Of a stretch of 64,000 bases of DNA, positions 1 through 9,895 are shown one piece after another. The notes beneath the pieces were generated by a model. The model had not been told where the DNA came from, made no database searches, and saw only the letters and a program-made list of their open reading frames with translations. The stretch is from IMG/VR virus record IMGVR_UViG_3300017971_000190, positions 62,001 to 126,000 of that record; one strand, 5' to 3'. The position numbers were made by a program, and so were the translations under genes. Positions within the stretch are counted from its first letter, which is position 1. Each line of letters starts with the position of its first letter.

Positions 1-1
1 T

Positions 2-166
2 CAGCTTTGCTTGGATGGGAAAGATGTTAAAAAAGCAGACTGGAAAGGTTTTCTAGTAGCCCGCTGTTGTACTGTAGACAAAGCATTTGCCTTCATGCCT
101 GATGCGTGGGCTAAGTATGTGGAGCCAATTCGAGTTTGGTTTAGAGCTTACGGTAATTGCAAGTAA
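2..166 (+). CDS. 3' end of a hypothetical protein (partial, runs off the window)
   Basis: Open frame from position 2 (QLCLDGKDV...YGNCK) to TAA at 164-166; read manually, not in the ORF track. Confidence 0.55.
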   Translation, partial: QLCLDGKDVKKADWKGFLVARCCTVDKAFAFMPDAWAKYVEPIRVWFRAYGNCK

Positions 167-254
167 CAAACACAGTTTAATTACCCTTTCTTTTTTCTTT
201 AGCTCCCTTTTGTAAAACTAATTTGTTGGTCAATTAAAGTAGGAGAAGACCCAT

Positions 255-599
255 ATGGAACAGCCTACATGTGTTTATTTGGTTTACTGTGATAATTTGT
301 TTACAGGATTGACTGACTTACCGACACTAGAAAGAATATTTCTCAGTCAAGAAAAGGCGGAAGCTTACTTGGCTAAAAACCCTCGTCCTGGACAAATTGA
401 AAAGTGGTTTCTAGAAGATTTTTTCGAGAAAAACTCTGAAAATAAGAGGGTAAGTACAATAAATACAAAAGATACTTACGATCACGAAGTCCTTGCAAAA
501 GAAAATGAAGAAATTAAAGAGAGAACTAAACGCTTACGGGAAGCAGATCAAAAAAGGAAGAATCAGCGGATAAAACACCGTACCCCTAACTGGACGTGA
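255..599 (+). CDS. hypothetical phage protein
   Basis: AGGAG RBS at 241-245; N-terminal VYLV...IFLSQEKAEAY pattern similar to 13339..13866; stop overlaps the next start. Confidence 0.7.
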   Translation: MEQPTCVYLVYCDNLFTGLTDLPTLERIFLSQEKAEAYLAKNPRPGQIEKWFLEDFFEKNSENKRVSTINTKDTYDHEVLAKENEEIKERTKRLREADQKRKNQRIKHRTPNWT

Positions 600-1414
600 A
601 CAAAATGTTTAAAGAAACAGCTTACCACCGCTACCTTTGGTACGTACTGCGACATAAATGGTACGTGGCGTTAGAATGTTGGAAGGAAGGTTTGTACTGG
701 GCAGCTCTAGTGCACGACTGGAGCAAGTTTTTACCTGACGAATTTATCCCTTATGCTCGTCATTTTCATGGGCCACAAGCTAAAGAAAACTTGTCTGCTG
801 AAAAAGGTAAAAGCGGTTACAAGAAACCAGTGAAGACGAATGATTCTTCTTTCGATCAAGCGTGGCTTCGGCACACTAGACGTAACCCTCACCATCCCGA
901 ATACTGGGTTATGGGGAGAGTAGGAGAAGAAGCTACACCATTCCCTATGCCAGAAAAGTATGTACGTGAAATGGTCTGTGACTGGCGTGGGGCTGGGCGA
1001 GCACAAAATAATCCAGTACCTACTCACGAATGGTATCTATCTAATTTAGACCGACTACTTCTACATCCTCAAACTCAAGCTTTGATAGAAGATACTCTAG
1101 ATGTATTTAGAACGGTTATTGGGACCGCTGAAAATACTGCTAAAGGTGGAGAAACAGTTAGAGTTCTTACTGCTGCTAGTGGTTTTAACAGGGTAGAGGT
1201 TGATTTTCAAGTTGCTCCCAGTTTTACTGTAGAAAGTGGGGATTTAGTTTGTTTGCATAATAGTAATAAAGAGGTAAGACCTTTTATCCGTTATAAATAT
1301 GATAAACCGAAAATGATTACTAGATTAATGTCAAGCGCAATTCGAAAAGTTGGAATTTTTAATATCGATTACGCAGCACTGCTTATAGACCAAACCGAAA
1401 ATAAGGAAATTTAA
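596..1414 (+). CDS. DUF5662-like HD-superfamily protein with C-terminal extension
   Basis: Motifs RHKWYV, HDWSK, AWLRH..RNPHHPEYW and EMVCDW match my recollection of DUF5662 (HD-related). Confidence 0.75.
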   Translation: MNKMFKETAYHRYLWYVLRHKWYVALECWKEGLYWAALVHDWSKFLPDEFIPYARHFHGPQAKENLSAEKGKSGYKKPVKTNDSSFDQAWLRHTRRNPHHPEYWVMGRVGEEATPFPMPEKYVREMVCDWRGAGRAQNNPVPTHEWYLSNLDRLLLHPQTQALIEDTLDVFRTVIGTAENTAKGGETVRVLTAASGFNRVEVDFQVAPSFTVESGDLVCLHNSNKEVRPFIRYKYDKPKMITRLMSSAIRKVGIFNIDYAALLIDQTENKEI

Positions 1415-2125
1415 ATGTCGTCACAGCGTTTCAGTCTTCTCAGCAAACCAGCAATTTTACACTACTTAGAAGCTGATGACATAATTATTGATCCTTTTGA
1501 TCCTGAAAATGTTGGAACAAACAGTTACGACGTTCGATTAGGTCGTCATATTTGGAGAGAACATCGGTTAGATGTTTCTCTTCCTTCTATTCACCAAAAA
1601 TATCTTTATAACCCTTATGATCAAGGACATGTAGAAACACTTTGGCACAAAGAGGAAGCTAGACCAGCCAAAGAAGTTTTAGAAATAAGCTTCATGCGTG
1701 GACATATTAAGGGTATTGATCCAGAGGATTTAATAGTTCTCATCAAACCAGGTGAGAGCATTTTAGCTCACACTCAAGAATTTATTGGTAGTCTTAGTCC
1801 CTTTATAACCACTAAAATGTTTGCTCGTAGCTCAACAGGTAGAAATTTCCTTCATGTATGTGCTGATGCTGGTGTTGGAGATGTAGGATTTGCAAATTTT
1901 TGGACCATGGAAATTTTTAATCGTAGTCGTTATCATACTATTCCTTTAGTGGTAGGTAGACGGTATGCTCAAATGACTTTCTTTGAAATTGAACCAATAG
2001 CTGATAAAGACATGTACTACAACAGAGGTAAATATCAAACTGCTTCTACTGTAGAAGAAATAAGAGCGAACTGGAAGCCTGAAGACATGCTTCCTAAAAT
2101 GTTTAAAGATAGGGAGATCAAGTAA
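1415..2125 (+). CDS. dcd: dCTP deaminase (dUTPase-like trimeric fold)
   Basis: NSYDVRLG, ILAHTQEFIG, ARSSTGR, DVGFANFWTMEI and RYAQMTF correspond to dCTP deaminase motifs. Confidence 0.9.
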   Translation: MSSQRFSLLSKPAILHYLEADDIIIDPFDPENVGTNSYDVRLGRHIWREHRLDVSLPSIHQKYLYNPYDQGHVETLWHKEEARPAKEVLEISFMRGHIKGIDPEDLIVLIKPGESILAHTQEFIGSLSPFITTKMFARSSTGRNFLHVCADAGVGDVGFANFWTMEIFNRSRYHTIPLVVGRRYAQMTFFEIEPIADKDMYYNRGKYQTASTVEEIRANWKPEDMLPKMFKDREIK

Positions 2126-2126
2126 A

Positions 2127-3102
2127 ATGACACCAGAAGAAAAAAATCGAATAGAAATAGGTTTGGATCTTGTTACTAAACGTTTAGCAGAGATTTTAGG
2201 ATTAGATGCTACTAATAAAGAAGTGTTAGAGGAACTATTTGTTAAAGTACAGTGTTATGGAGTAATGGATATAGCCGGTAAAGCAAAAATGGGTAGCACA
2301 CCTTCTGCAGAAGAATACTTAGAAAAATGTACCGAATCCATACTGAATATACAAAAGAATGTTGAAAAATAGTCAATAGAAATACAAATCACATACAATG
2401 GGATTCGTAACAAAATGATCTTGAACAAAACAAAATGACTCAATTTACAACAGTCTCCAAGTTATTCGTAGTCAAATGCAACAAGCACTTGACTCTGTTC
2501 CAGCTTCAGAGGCTAATAAGGATCACTTAAAAATACTAAAATCAACTATTGGCAGGTGGTCAAGTCTACTGGAAGGTGTTTGTCTAATGAGACAAAAAGA
2601 AATTAAGATAATTTCTCAATTGGATCCCAAAGTTGTTAGTCCGCCTTACAGTCCAGAAACTTTAGAACTGGCTAAGAAAGCTGCTGAACAAAAAGGTTGG
2701 TTAGAACGAGCTACCCCGGAAGAGAAGAAAGCTTGGGTAGAAAAACTGGCTAGAGATTTCGCTGCTGCTGGGGAAGCTGAATACAAAGTACTTAGAGAAG
2801 AAGGAATAACAAAAATGCCATCAGAAGAAAAAAGAAAAGAACAACTTCAAAAAGACATCGAGGATGGAAAAGTAGGTCATATGGAACATGACAGTGGTAA
2901 AAATTTACATTATTTAGCTGTTTGTACCTTCGTTTATATGTTGCTTGATAGTGATGCTAGAATGCAAGAAGTTTCCAGAGCTTTAGAATGTGCTCAAGGT
3001 GTAATTAAAGATAAAAATACAGAAATTACGACTGCCAATGTAGCTGCTGCAAAGCTGGCTAAAATATTAGTAGACGAGTTTCTTTGTGAGTCATTAGTTT
3101 GA
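2127..3102 (+). other. two hypothetical CDSs (2127..2372, 2476..3102)
   Basis: Co-directional ORFs in the packed gene chain; no recognisable motif. Confidence 0.6.
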
Positions 3103-3443
3103 TTTCTTCTACCACTACTAAAATTTGGCGACCGAAAACAGAAGGTGAAGTCTGTTGCTGTACCAATTTTCAATGGGGCAGTAATTGTCCCTCTTGTTTT
3201 GGTACTGGTTTTGCAGGTGGTTATGATTGTGTAGGAGTAGCAATACTTGAGGAAAGTTTCAGTTCTTATTACATTAGAGCGTTGTTCCAAATTAAAGTTG
3301 CAGATTTATTTGCTTACAATAATAGTGTTCATCAGGTGAGAACGGTACGACAGATGATGTTTTCAGACAGCTTTGAGATAAAGACAGAAAATCTTAATCT
3401 AATTTTCTACCAAATAGGCAAGTTAGTTGACTTGTTAAAATAA
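3099..3443 (+). CDS. Cys-rich neck/head-tail-connector-like paralog
   Basis: Motif WRPKTEGEVCCC...CPSCFGTGFAGGY, shared with 5207..5782 and the C-terminus of 18024..18923. Confidence 0.45.
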   Translation: MISSTTTKIWRPKTEGEVCCCTNFQWGSNCPSCFGTGFAGGYDCVGVAILEESFSSYYIRALFQIKVADLFAYNNSVHQVRTVRQMMFSDSFEIKTENLNLIFYQIGKLVDLLK

Positions 3444-3453
3444 GGAGACCACT

Positions 3454-3762
3454 GTGGACTCAATTAAAGACAAACCAAAACCAGGTCAAAAATGTAGGTA
3501 TTGTGCTGGAAAGGGAAAGTACAACAGTGAAGAGAAGTGCTACTGGTGTGAAGGTAGTGGTATAGAAAAAGTAATTTCAAATGATCTAAAACAGCACATT
3601 AAAAGGTTAAGAGTAGAGTACGATATTTTAACCACCTCAATTCATGAAATTTTTGACAAAAATGCAGAGGCTCTTAGTCTCACCCACCCTCGTTTGAGAG
3701 ACATGATCAAAGCTCGAAAACTGGTCCTGGAAACCATTATCCTTCTAAAGGAGAATCAGTAA
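3454..3762 (+). CDS. zinc-finger protein (CxxCxGxG repeats)
   Basis: CRYCAGKG and CYWCEGSG resemble DnaJ-type CxxCxGxG repeats; GGAG RBS before the GTG start. Confidence 0.6.
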   Translation: MDSIKDKPKPGQKCRYCAGKGKYNSEEKCYWCEGSGIEKVISNDLKQHIKRLRVEYDILTTSIHEIFDKNAEALSLTHPRLRDMIKARKLVLETIILLKENQ

Positions 3763-4479
3763 ATGCAAATAGAAACAGATTCCGAACTACTTAGAGCGGT
3801 AGTAGAAGGAAACAAAAGTGCTCAGCAACTCTTTGTTGAAGAGCTGTTTGCTGAAATAAAAAGCAACTTTGAAACCATGTTTTTGCCTTTTAAATGTATG
3901 AAGGCAGAAACTAAACCAACTCAAGATTGTCGATTGGCTGGTAAGGTTGATTTAATTGTAGATCCAATTACACAGTTTTCAGTGGTGGAAGATCTACCAA
4001 GTCAAGTAGAAATGCTTTTTAACGAACTGCTTGGTTCACTTCTGACTGCTTTTGAACCGGCAGTAAAGGGTTTGCTCACGGTTTGGAAAATTCCAGATAA
4101 TTTTATACTTACACCAGAAATACTCAAAAGCACTTTAAGTAATTATTCTTTTACACCTACGCATCTTTGGTGTGGATCTACTATGGTTAATTTTTTTATG
4201 TCTAGTAAGAGTTGGTATAAATTCTATGAGCCTACTACCACGTTAGAACAAGCTTCAGAGGGTCGCTTAGGTTTGCTTCGCGACATTGTAGAAAATCCTT
4301 TAGAACTATATACTGATTTGTTTCGTTATGATACATTAAGAACTTTAGATCCTGACGAGCTGGTAATTGTTTCTTCCTTCCAGCCTAAAAAAGTGTGGGT
4401 AGAGTGGAGTGACATAAAAAGACAAAAGGATGGCAGTTTTACAATTACCGCAACTCAATATGTAGGAGAGGTAGCTTAA
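3763..4479 (+). CDS. degenerate major-capsid-like protein (putative)
   Basis: C-terminal EPTTTLEQASEGRLGLLRDI...LYTDLFRYDTLRTLDPDELVIV resembles a large-phage capsid motif (DPVTQRELL..G..G.L.G..I.TD.FR....VL..GE..VV) recalled from memory. Confidence 0.45.
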   Translation: MQIETDSELLRAVVEGNKSAQQLFVEELFAEIKSNFETMFLPFKCMKAETKPTQDCRLAGKVDLIVDPITQFSVVEDLPSQVEMLFNELLGSLLTAFEPAVKGLLTVWKIPDNFILTPEILKSTLSNYSFTPTHLWCGSTMVNFFMSSKSWYKFYEPTTTLEQASEGRLGLLRDIVENPLELYTDLFRYDTLRTLDPDELVIVSSFQPKKVWVEWSDIKRQKDGSFTITATQYVGEVA

Positions 4480-4480
4480 A

Positions 4481-5244
4481 ATGGTTGAAGAAAAACAACA
4501 ACTAGTACCCATAAAATTGAAAGAAGAAAATTGCCCTCCGTTTTTGCTTGAGCTTTTAAAAATGGCTGAAGATAGTAGAGAAGAATATCCTGAAGAGGCA
4601 GGAAATGATCTCATTATTTTAGGAAGTGAAGCTATTGAAAAGCTTGGTAATTCCCTCTATGAAGTGGGTGTTGTTTTTCAGCTCAAGTTTAAAGGTAAAC
4701 CCTCGTTTAGAGTTGCTACCGTAGGCTAAAAATTTTTAGCTTGACACTACTAGCACCCTGTGATAAGGTGGGTTGTTACGCTAAGGATTAAGTGTGTGCC
4801 AGAAAATTTAAACTACAGTAAGTATGCTGGTTTTAAGATTCCTAATCACTGGCCACAGGTTTGTCCTTACTGTGGGTCTAAAAAATTGTGGCATGATTTT
4901 TCAATACCAGGTAGAGTTTTACAAAAGGCATTTTGCGTTGATTGTGAAAAAAGTTTTATTCCTCACCCCAGTATCAGATTTTGGAGACGATCATGAAAAA
5001 GCGACTACTTAAAAAGAGAAGGAAACGTGACCAAGCTCTCATGGCTGTTATCTTTGCTGATGCTGCAGCAGAATACATTCTCACTGGTTTTCCAAGTCAC
5101 CGTCCGAGCTACACCCCCCTCACACCAAAATCTACAAAAAGAGCTGTAAGAAAAACCATTAAAAAGATTAAGTTTCCAAAGAAGTACAAGTGGTTTGGTA
5201 CCATAAGTGGTCCCCTGGAAGAAAGAAGGTGCAACCGTGAGTAA
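4481..5244 (+). other. hypothetical CDSs 4481..4729, 4760..4996 (zinc ribbon, start uncertain) and 4981..5244
   Basis: Co-directional ORFs; CPYC...CVDC in 4760..4996. Confidence 0.55.
4741..4769 (+). promoter_or_regulatory. sigma70-type promoter
   Basis: TTGACA (4741-4746), 17-nt spacer, TAAGGT (4764-4769), in an intergenic gap. Confidence 0.7.
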
Positions 5245-5782
5245 GAAGAAAAATAATTTAATGGAACTCCCTAAGCAGGTACGCCAGAAGACAGTAGAGG
5301 AAGTTTTTATAGAAAAGGCCACAATCATTGTTTTTAAACCCCCTCTGACCGGTGCTGAGTGTGCTTGTCATGAAAAAATTATGGAACCAGCTGCCATTTG
5401 CCGAGAGTGTTACGGCACTGGTATTTTAGGAGGGTTTGATCTCCGAAAAGAAGTGATACCAATTGAAGAAGCTGCCTATGAAGAAATTGAGAAAGTAATT
5501 ACAGTTTTGGATACCACTAAAACAGACCACGCTTTTGCTTCTATGGATGATTGGGTTCTTCTCACTTTTGAGTGCCCTCTTCATTCGCATATTTATAGTG
5601 GATGTATTTTTGAGCTAAACAACAGATTTTGGAAAGTAACTAATGTAGAAGAAGAGTGTGAGGAAGACGCAGAAACAGGTGTTGGAAGACCTTATTGGGA
5701 AGTGCAGGCTCGCAAACTTCATGAATACGAACCAGCTTACATTTTTCTGGATGATAAACGTTGGAAAGGAGAAGAAAAGTGA
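5207..5782 (+). CDS. Cys-rich neck/head-closure-like paralog
   Basis: FKPPLTGAECAC...CRECYGTGILGGF followed by a beta-rich part (RFWKVTNV); likely start is GTG 5238. Confidence 0.5.
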   Translation: MVPWKKEGATVSKKKNNLMELPKQVRQKTVEEVFIEKATIIVFKPPLTGAECACHEKIMEPAAICRECYGTGILGGFDLRKEVIPIEEAAYEEIEKVITVLDTTKTDHAFASMDDWVLLTFECPLHSHIYSGCIFELNNRFWKVTNVEEECEEDAETGVGRPYWEVQARKLHEYEPAYIFLDDKRWKGEEK

Positions 5783-6804
5783 CAACCATTAAAGTAGGAA
5801 AATACAATGTAGATGTGGCCAACTTTAATTGTAATAGTGAGTTAGAGTGTTTTCAACTTGGTTTTGATAAAGGAACATTTGTACAAGGTCGTGGCTATGT
5901 AAAATACCACAAGAAAGAAAAACCGGTGTGCCAGACTCGGCACATTCACGGTTGCCCTCGTGTTGGTGTTTGTCTCGATTGCAGAAGTGTAATTAGTCCC
6001 AGTACAGCTTTAGCTGGAATTTGTTCTTGGTGTAGAGGTACAAATATTCAGTTAGACGAAAAGGATGCTACTAGTAATGATACCATTAAATGAATATGGT
6101 TATAAAAAAGGAATACTTTACGCTGACTGGGGCTGTCCTACTTGTCGTAAAGTTGTCTACCAAAATACTACTGAAGACGCTTTTAGTAAAGAGCGTATCT
6201 GTCACAGTTGTCAAAAAGCGAATAAAGAAGCCGAAAGACGATCTAAACATCTTTGGGAATTAGCCCAAACTGAACGTCCTCCCATTAGGTACAAAAACGG
6301 TATTTATGGAATTAGAGATGATCTATTTTCTTACTTGATTGGAATGTCTACTCCAGTTATAGATAGAAACTTACAAAGGCTTTACGCAAAGTCAGATCTT
6401 CAAATTCCTCAAAGGATTATCCCTACGCATCATAAAGAGTTTTAAAAATGAAACGGTTAACCAGAAAAATAGTTCATGAAGAATTGCTCCATTTTAACTT
6501 ATTTACTGTAACTCCGACTATTAGAGGATTTGATTTAGGCTATGGGCAAGACGGGTTTACAAGACTTCTAACAGGTGGTGGAATAGCTGGTAATGGTTAC
6601 AAGTGGTGGCTGTGCACTATTGGTGGAGTAACGCTTGCTGGCCCGCTTGTAACCAAAAAGCAGCTACAACGCTGTTTAAGGGAACACTTAGCTGGTTATT
6701 GTAATCGACCACAAGATCAATCTGGTTGGAGAACGTATGCCAGACTAAATAAAAATAAAAACGGAGAACATTACATTTGGGTGCAAAGCAGGATACCACA
6801 ATGA
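5761..6804 (+). other. hypothetical CDSs 5761..6093, 6065..6445 and 6448..6804
   Basis: Overlapping co-directional ORFs; the first two carry CxxC pairs. Confidence 0.6.
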
Positions 6805-7715
6805 CAACTAGCAGAGTTTTAAAATTAGCCAGACAAAAGTTAATCACTCCCCCACCATTCGTAGCCGGATCTATTCAGTACGAAGTAATTATGGGAAGTG
6901 AAGCATATGGAGTCTCTTCTGGAGATAGCGATAGAGACGTATACGGTTTTTGTGTCCCACCAAAGTCTATAGTATTTCCTCACACAGTTGGAGATATTCT
7001 AGGATTTGGACGACAGAAAAAACGATTTGAACAATATCAGCAACATCATGTTTATGACAAAGATGCTTTAGGTGGTAAAGGCGTTGAATATGATTTTTCT
7101 ATTTATAATATTGTAAAATATTTTAGTCTTTGTATGGAAAACAATCCGAATATGATCGACTCTCTTTTCGTTCCACAACGTTGTATTCTTTATATTACTA
7201 AAATTGGTCAAATGGTTAGAGAGAAAAGACAGTTGTTTCTTCATAAAGGTGCTTGGTTCAAATTTAAAGGTTATAGTTACAGCCAAATCAAAAAGATGAA
7301 AATTAAGAATCCGGAACCAGGAAGTAAAAGATATGAGAATATTAAAAAATTTGGTTTCGATGTAAAATTTGCTTATCATGTGGTACGTCTTCTTAATGAA
7401 GTTGAGGAGATTTTAGTAGAACAACATCTTACATTGGATAGAAATAGAGAACAATTAAAAGCAATTCGACGTGGAGAGTGGACTTTAGAACAAGTTGAAG
7501 ATTATTTCAATAAAAAAGAAGCAGAGCTTGAAACTGCTTATACTGAAAGTAAATTACAACACAGTCCAAATGAAGAAGTTATTAAAAATTTACTTCTCTC
7601 TTGTTTAGAAGAGTACTATGGTAATTTAGAAAACTGTGTTGAAATTCCCAATGCTGAGAAAGAGGCATTAAGAGAGATTGATAGAACTCTTGAAAAAGTA
7701 AGACACTGCTTATAG
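6801..7715 (+). CDS. DNA polymerase beta superfamily nucleotidyltransferase (RlaP/YcgL-like)
   Basis: GSEAYG...DSDRD signature (hG[GS]x9-13Dh[DE]), NNPN.ID.LF and helical C-terminus FDVKFAYHVVRLL; ATG 6801 overlaps the upstream stop. Confidence 0.85.
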   Translation: MTTSRVLKLARQKLITPPPFVAGSIQYEVIMGSEAYGVSSGDSDRDVYGFCVPPKSIVFPHTVGDILGFGRQKKRFEQYQQHHVYDKDALGGKGVEYDFSIYNIVKYFSLCMENNPNMIDSLFVPQRCILYITKIGQMVREKRQLFLHKGAWFKFKGYSYSQIKKMKIKNPEPGSKRYENIKKFGFDVKFAYHVVRLLNEVEEILVEQHLTLDRNREQLKAIRRGEWTLEQVEDYFNKKEAELETAYTESKLQHSPNEEVIKNLLLSCLEEYYGNLENCVEIPNAEKEALREIDRTLEKVRHCL

Positions 7716-7732
7716 AAAACAGGTGGAAGAAA

Positions 7733-7966
7733 ATGACTCCTAAAGACAACAATTTTAATGGTATTACTGTGGAAGTGGGTGGTAAAGTAATTGGAAAAAT
7801 AAAAGAGTGGAAGCCACAAAAAGAAATACCTGAAAAACTGACCATACCAGGTATTGATTTTCTACCCCCAATTAGCAAATTTGACGAGTTTGTAAAAACT
7901 ATTCATCTTCGTGTTTCTAGAACTTGGTGTGATGTATTGAGAGCTATAGGAAGAGAAGATGAATAA
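7733..7966 (+). CDS. mini-protein resembling the N-terminus of the tail tube protein
   Basis: GITVEVGGKVIGKIKEW aligns with GITIEANGAVLGRIQSW of 42992..43546. Confidence 0.6.
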   Translation: MTPKDNNFNGITVEVGGKVIGKIKEWKPQKEIPEKLTIPGIDFLPPISKFDEFVKTIHLRVSRTWCDVLRAIGREDE

Positions 7967-8721
7967 TCCTCCTCACATGATTTTAGAAAATTGGGATGGT
8001 TTTGATTCCACTGCTGAAGTCTGGTTTGACCTAGCAAATGAAAAAGTAATTGTTAAGCAAAATTTTCCTGAGACACAGCTGCAAGGTTGCTTCTTTAAAG
8101 TGAGGTTTTCACTTTACCATCATTTGCCTTTGAAGGAATTTGAAGATGAAAAATGAAGACACTAAGTGGTACATCCTTACACTTGTTTTAACTATACTCT
8201 TCATGGTTGCCGGTATATTAGCAGTAGGAATGCACGCTAGAAAAACGGCTTTTGAACGACAATTAAATTACCATAAACGTAGAGACGGGACTTGCAAACT
8301 GTACCAAGAATCCAAAGAGCTAAAACTTCAAAATGAACACTTAAGACTACAGGTTGCTAGTTACACTGCTGCTAGGTGGAATAGTGTAGAAGACTATACC
8401 TCTTCTGTTTGTGATTTTCCACGCAAATTTGATCATCATTTTGACGTTGCTTTTGGGGGCTGTGAACTCGCTAAAAAAGGAGACAAGTGGGATTTAGCTA
8501 CTCGTAGTATGAGTAATCAAATACTGTTGTGGTATTGTAGAATTAGAGAAAACAGTCTCACCAATACATTACCAAAGAAACAAAGACGTAAATGGGAAAG
8601 GGATGCTGGCTTGTGTGCTCTCCGTTGGGCCACAATATTGGATGACTCAAGAGTGACTACTTTAGATACTTCAGTTGAGGGTCTTAGAGCTATCATTACT
8701 TGGAAAGTAAAGAGGGGATAA
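7959..8721 (+). other. hypothetical CDSs 7959..8156 and 8140..8721 (N-terminal TM helix plus coiled coil)
   Basis: Hydrophobic WYILTLVLTILFMVAGILAVG in the second ORF. Confidence 0.6.
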
Positions 8722-9522
8722 ATGACACTTCACTGGGTTATACAAAACAATCTTCACGAAGAACAAGGTTACGACGTTCTTGTGGAAACGGTTAAGCGAT
8801 TTGAACTCCCTCACACTTTCGTCAAGGTAATTCCTTTTTCTCATGAATTAGTTTCAGAAGACCCTCTTCCAGATCCTCCTGGTTTAAAAATAGTAATGGG
8901 CTCTATCAGTCTTGGCAAGGCAGCTGAAAAACTGGGTTGGTTACCAGGAGCGTTTATCAATAGTAATTTTCATTTTCGAGAGTGGAGAAAACACTACGGT
9001 CAGCATCTTTTAAATGATGACGCTACCATTTGTAAGTTCAAAGATGTCAAGTGGGATGAAGATTGGGGATCTTTCTTTATTCGTCCTTGTTTAGATGACA
9101 AGAGCTTTTCTGGTCAAATCCTGAGTTGGAAAGATTACGACAGTTGGCGTCACAAAGTAGTAGATCTACAAGAACACGATACATCTTTTTACTGCTTGAC
9201 TCCGGAGACAGAAGTATGTTACGGTAAACCAAAAGAAATCTACCAGGAGTGTAGATTTTTCGTAGTAGATGGGAGAATTGTAACTGGCTCCCAGTACAAA
9301 ATAGGTAGACGAGTAATCTCTAATGAAGTAGTGCCTCCTAAGCTCCAGGAATTAGCTCAAACTATGGTGGATTTGTGGCAACCTCACCGGGCTTTTGCTC
9401 TTGACATTGCTGACACACCAAACGGATTTAAAGTCATAGAAATTGGTTGTCTCAATAGTTGTGGGTTCTATGCTGCCAATGTCCAGAAGCTAGTATTAGC
9501 TTTAAACGAAATGGAGTTTTAA
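8722..9522 (+). CDS. ATP-grasp domain protein (DUF4343/R2K-like)
   Basis: FFIRPCLDDKSFSG, ECRFFVVDGRIVTGSQY and AFALDIAD...KVIEIGCLNSCGFY are ATP-grasp motifs. Confidence 0.85.
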   Translation: MTLHWVIQNNLHEEQGYDVLVETVKRFELPHTFVKVIPFSHELVSEDPLPDPPGLKIVMGSISLGKAAEKLGWLPGAFINSNFHFREWRKHYGQHLLNDDATICKFKDVKWDEDWGSFFIRPCLDDKSFSGQILSWKDYDSWRHKVVDLQEHDTSFYCLTPETEVCYGKPKEIYQECRFFVVDGRIVTGSQYKIGRRVISNEVVPPKLQELAQTMVDLWQPHRAFALDIADTPNGFKVIEIGCLNSCGFYAANVQKLVLALNEMEF

Positions 9523-9523
9523 C

Positions 9524-9895
9524 ATGGAACTTTTAATTGCTCATTTAGTAGGAGATTATCTATTACAGCCGGATTGGATGGCACAAGGAAAAAAGAAAAG
9601 CAGCCTCGTTTGTTTAGCTCACGTACTAACCTATATGCTTCCTTTTATTTTCCTTTTCCTTGGTAGTTTTAAACCCAGCTTACCTCATTATAAACTGAGT
9701 TGGACAGCCTTAGGTCTTATTGCTTGTCAACATTTTATTCAAGATAGAACCAATTTTGTTAAATACTTTATGCGTATTTCGGGGCAAGAAAAATTCGCAA
9801 AGCCTCCGATGGCACCGTGGTCTATAATTGTTGTGGACAATACTTTTCATCTTCTTTGGATTTGGTTTATAGTAGTCACCAGTAATGGATTTTAA
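9524..9895 (+). CDS. DUF3307-like membrane protein
   Basis: AHLVGDYLLQ..WMA..K, H..QDR and DNTFH motifs, with hydrophobic helices. Confidence 0.8.
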   Translation: MELLIAHLVGDYLLQPDWMAQGKKKSSLVCLAHVLTYMLPFIFLFLGSFKPSLPHYKLSWTALGLIACQHFIQDRTNFVKYFMRISGQEKFAKPPMAPWSIIVVDNTFHLLWIWFIVVTSNGF

